This document shows positions 62,174-64,000 of a stretch of DNA of 64,000 nt, piece by piece. The stretch is from an uncultured delta proteobacterium (GTDB lineage: Bacteria > Desulfobacterota > Binatia > UBA9968), in assembly GCA_963755715.1 (NCBI GenBank), contig CAVWLW010000056.1, forward strand, positions 32,001 through 96,000. Reading direction: 5' to 3'. Numbering within the stretch: position 1 is the stretch's first letter; each line of letters starts with the position of its first letter. Under the pieces are notes generated by a model, which was not told the origin of the DNA, searched no databases, and saw only the letters and a list, made by a program, of their open reading frames with translations. The translations under genes and the position numbers were made by a program.

Positions 62174-62701
62174 ATGACGTTCAGCATCGGGAATAAGGTC
62201 GTTTATCCGTCTCAGGGCCCCTGCCTGATCGGTGCAGAGGAAAACAAAATTGTTGCTGGTCGAGCGACGCGCTTTTACCGTTTGACGTTGTTGGACGACA
62301 GCGGCGACTCGGTTTTTGTCCCGGTAGATAAACTCAAAGCGCTCCGGATGCGGCACTTAATGGGCAAATCGGAGATTCCGAAACTGCTGAACCATTTGGA
62401 AAATACAGTCACGACATCTAAAAACTGGAAGCAGCGTGCGATCGACAACTTGAAACTGATGAGCTCGGGGTCGGCATTTGACTTGGCTGAAATCGTTGAG
62501 TCCCTGACGGTGCTGAACGAAATCAAGGCTCTGTCTCTGCGCGATCGGCAAACGCTGGATAAGGCGAAAAAGTTCCTAGTTTGCGAAATTTCCGAGGTGA
62601 TGGAAGAGACAAAAAGCACAGCGAAAGAACAGGTCGACAAAGCACTCGGACGCAAAGAGGCTGAAAAAGACCCACCAAATATCCGAGTCGAGTTTGAATA
62701 A
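62174..62701 (+). CDS. CarD/CdnL family RNA-polymerase-interacting regulator
   Basis: FSIGNKVVYPSQG, NWKQR, LSLRDRQTLDKAKKFLVCEISEV. Confidence 0.88.
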   Translation: MTFSIGNKVVYPSQGPCLIGAEENKIVAGRATRFYRLTLLDDSGDSVFVPVDKLKALRMRHLMGKSEIPKLLNHLENTVTTSKNWKQRAIDNLKLMSSGSAFDLAEIVESLTVLNEIKALSLRDRQTLDKAKKFLVCEISEVMEETKSTAKEQVDKALGRKEAEKDPPNIRVEFE

Positions 62702-63170
62702 CTAACAGCATAGGGTTCATGCCAGACTTTCCCAATAATTGAATTGTTCAAAAAATAACCCTCTACGCGGGCGCGGCCTAGCGGACCTGGTGTTTCGGGC
62801 TGTGCGGCAAAGTTCTCGGTTCCGGCGCGCGAGCAAAATGTTTTGGGCTGTGCGCCTGCGCTGTATAACGCCAAATCCTGCTCATATCCCAATCGCTTAG
62901 CGTCTGTTGACCGATTGACACTCAATTAGAACAGCAACAATTGTTCAATATTGGACATTAGTTCCTTTTGCGACGTGGTAGCATTTCACAAATTTGCATT
63001 GATGAGGCGACGAGTTCTTGAAACATTGGATAAAACTACGATCGTCCAGTCAGAGCGCAAGGCCGCGCAGCTGATGGGAAATTCACGGCTGTTAGCAAGC
63101 ATGGCGAGGCTCTATTTCGGTATCGTTATCGGATCATGGGGGATAAAGCGTGAGCAGAACGACGCAGCAA

Positions 63171-64000
63171 ATGATCGCTGAAGTGAATGTCGCCGAAACT
63201 AAATTGACCAAGCCCGCCTGGTATCAGACCACTGCCAAGTATGCGCAGTCGAATCTGGGCCGATCGCTGTGGCAAATCTTCGATACTCTTGTTCCTTATT
63301 TCGCGCTATGGGCGGCGATGGTTTATACGGTTCAAATGGAATTGCCCTATTGGATTACCCTAACGCTCGCCGTGGTGGCTGGCAGCGTTCTGGTTCGGAT
63401 TTTTATCTTTTTCCACGATTGCTGCCATGGATCCTTCTTTGCGTCGCGCCGGGCAAACGCCATCTTAGGCTACATCACGGGTATTCTGACCTTTACTCCG
63501 TTTGAACATTGGAGATACACCCACAATAGGCATCATGCCACGACGGGAGACCTGGATCGACGGGGAGTTGGCGATGTCCGGACGATGACGACTGAAGAAT
63601 ATCTGGCGGCACCGCTACTCAGGCGGTTCGCCTACAGGTGTTACCGAAATCCTTTCATTTTCTTCGGTCCCGGATCGGCGCTGCTGTTTTTATGTTTCAA
63701 TCGATTTTCTCGCAAAGACGCGGGACAGATAGAGCGCCGGAGCGTGCTTCGCACCAACATGGCACTCTTGTTCGTCGTCGGATTGGCGACGTGGACAATC
63801 GGTTTTCGGACCTATCTCCAGATTCAGTTGCCCATCATTCTGATCGCCGGGAGCCTCGGGCTCTGGTTGTTCTATATTCAACATCAGTTTGAGAGCGCGT
63901 ATTGGGCGCGTCACGGATCTTGGGATCCGATGAAAGTAGCACTGGAAGGCAGCTCGTATTTCAAATTGCCCAAAATCCTCCAGTGGTTCTCCGGCAATAT
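63171..64000 (+). CDS. Fatty acid desaturase (Bacillus Des-like); runs off the window
   Basis: Hand translation: FIFFHDCCHGSF, HNRHHATTGDLDRRG.GD, WLFYIQHQFE histidine boxes. Confidence 0.9.
   Translation, partial: MIAEVNVAETKLTKPAWYQTTAKYAQSNLGRSLWQIFDTLVPYFALWAAMVYTVQMELPYWITLTLAVVAGSVLVRIFIFFHDCCHGSFFASRRANAILGYITGILTFTPFEHWRYTHNRHHATTGDLDRRGVGDVRTMTTEEYLAAPLLRRFAYRCYRNPFIFFGPGSALLFLCFNRFSRKDAGQIERRSVLRTNMALLFVVGLATWTIGFRTYLQIQLPIILIAGSLGLWLFYIQHQFESAYWARHGSWDPMKVALEGSSYFKLPKILQWFSGN

Noticed and set aside
62702-63170. Riboswitch upstream of the desaturase
   Set aside because: AT-rich promoter-like DNA, but no recognisable aptamer consensus or terminator.
1-64000. CRISPR array, tRNA/rRNA, transposase, integrase or prophage genes
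   Set aside because: No regularly spaced 25-45 bp repeats with spacers, no cloverleaf or rRNA-like stretch, and no recombinase or phage motifs recognised.

Overview
GC-rich (roughly 55-60% by eye) bacterial chromosomal segment. It is dominated by catabolic and redox enzymes (5 amidohydrolase_2 paralogues, 2 LLM monooxygenases, CoA-transferase III, UbiD, HpaB-like, MmgE/PrpD, two M24-fold proteins, two BNR beta-propellers) interleaved with 10 solute-binding proteins and no permease or ATPase gene. This gene mix resembles Candidatus Binatia/Binatota-type soil MAGs (inference, not verified). About 14 genes are broken by single-base frameshifts, most likely long-read assembly indels. Highlights: (1) an AhpD/CMD-family gene with an in-frame UGA at a CxxU motif and a SECIS-like hairpin (probable selenoprotein); (2) a small accessory islet with a RelE/ParE-like TA pair, a diverged duplicate 3' end of the upstream SBP gene and cassette-like ORFs ending in a degenerate attC-like site; (3) a candidate attenuator leader (2x GTCCAATC plus terminator hairpin) upstream of a GT4-GH130-CarD operon; (4) an operon of two cytoplasmic propellers, an LLM, two metal-ligand-less M24 paralogues and an SBP; (5) a deoxyhypusine-synthase-like protein with an extra degenerate N-terminal copy; (6) a strongly cyanobacterial-type GlgC. 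No rRNA, tRNA, CRISPR array, integrase or transposase was seen.
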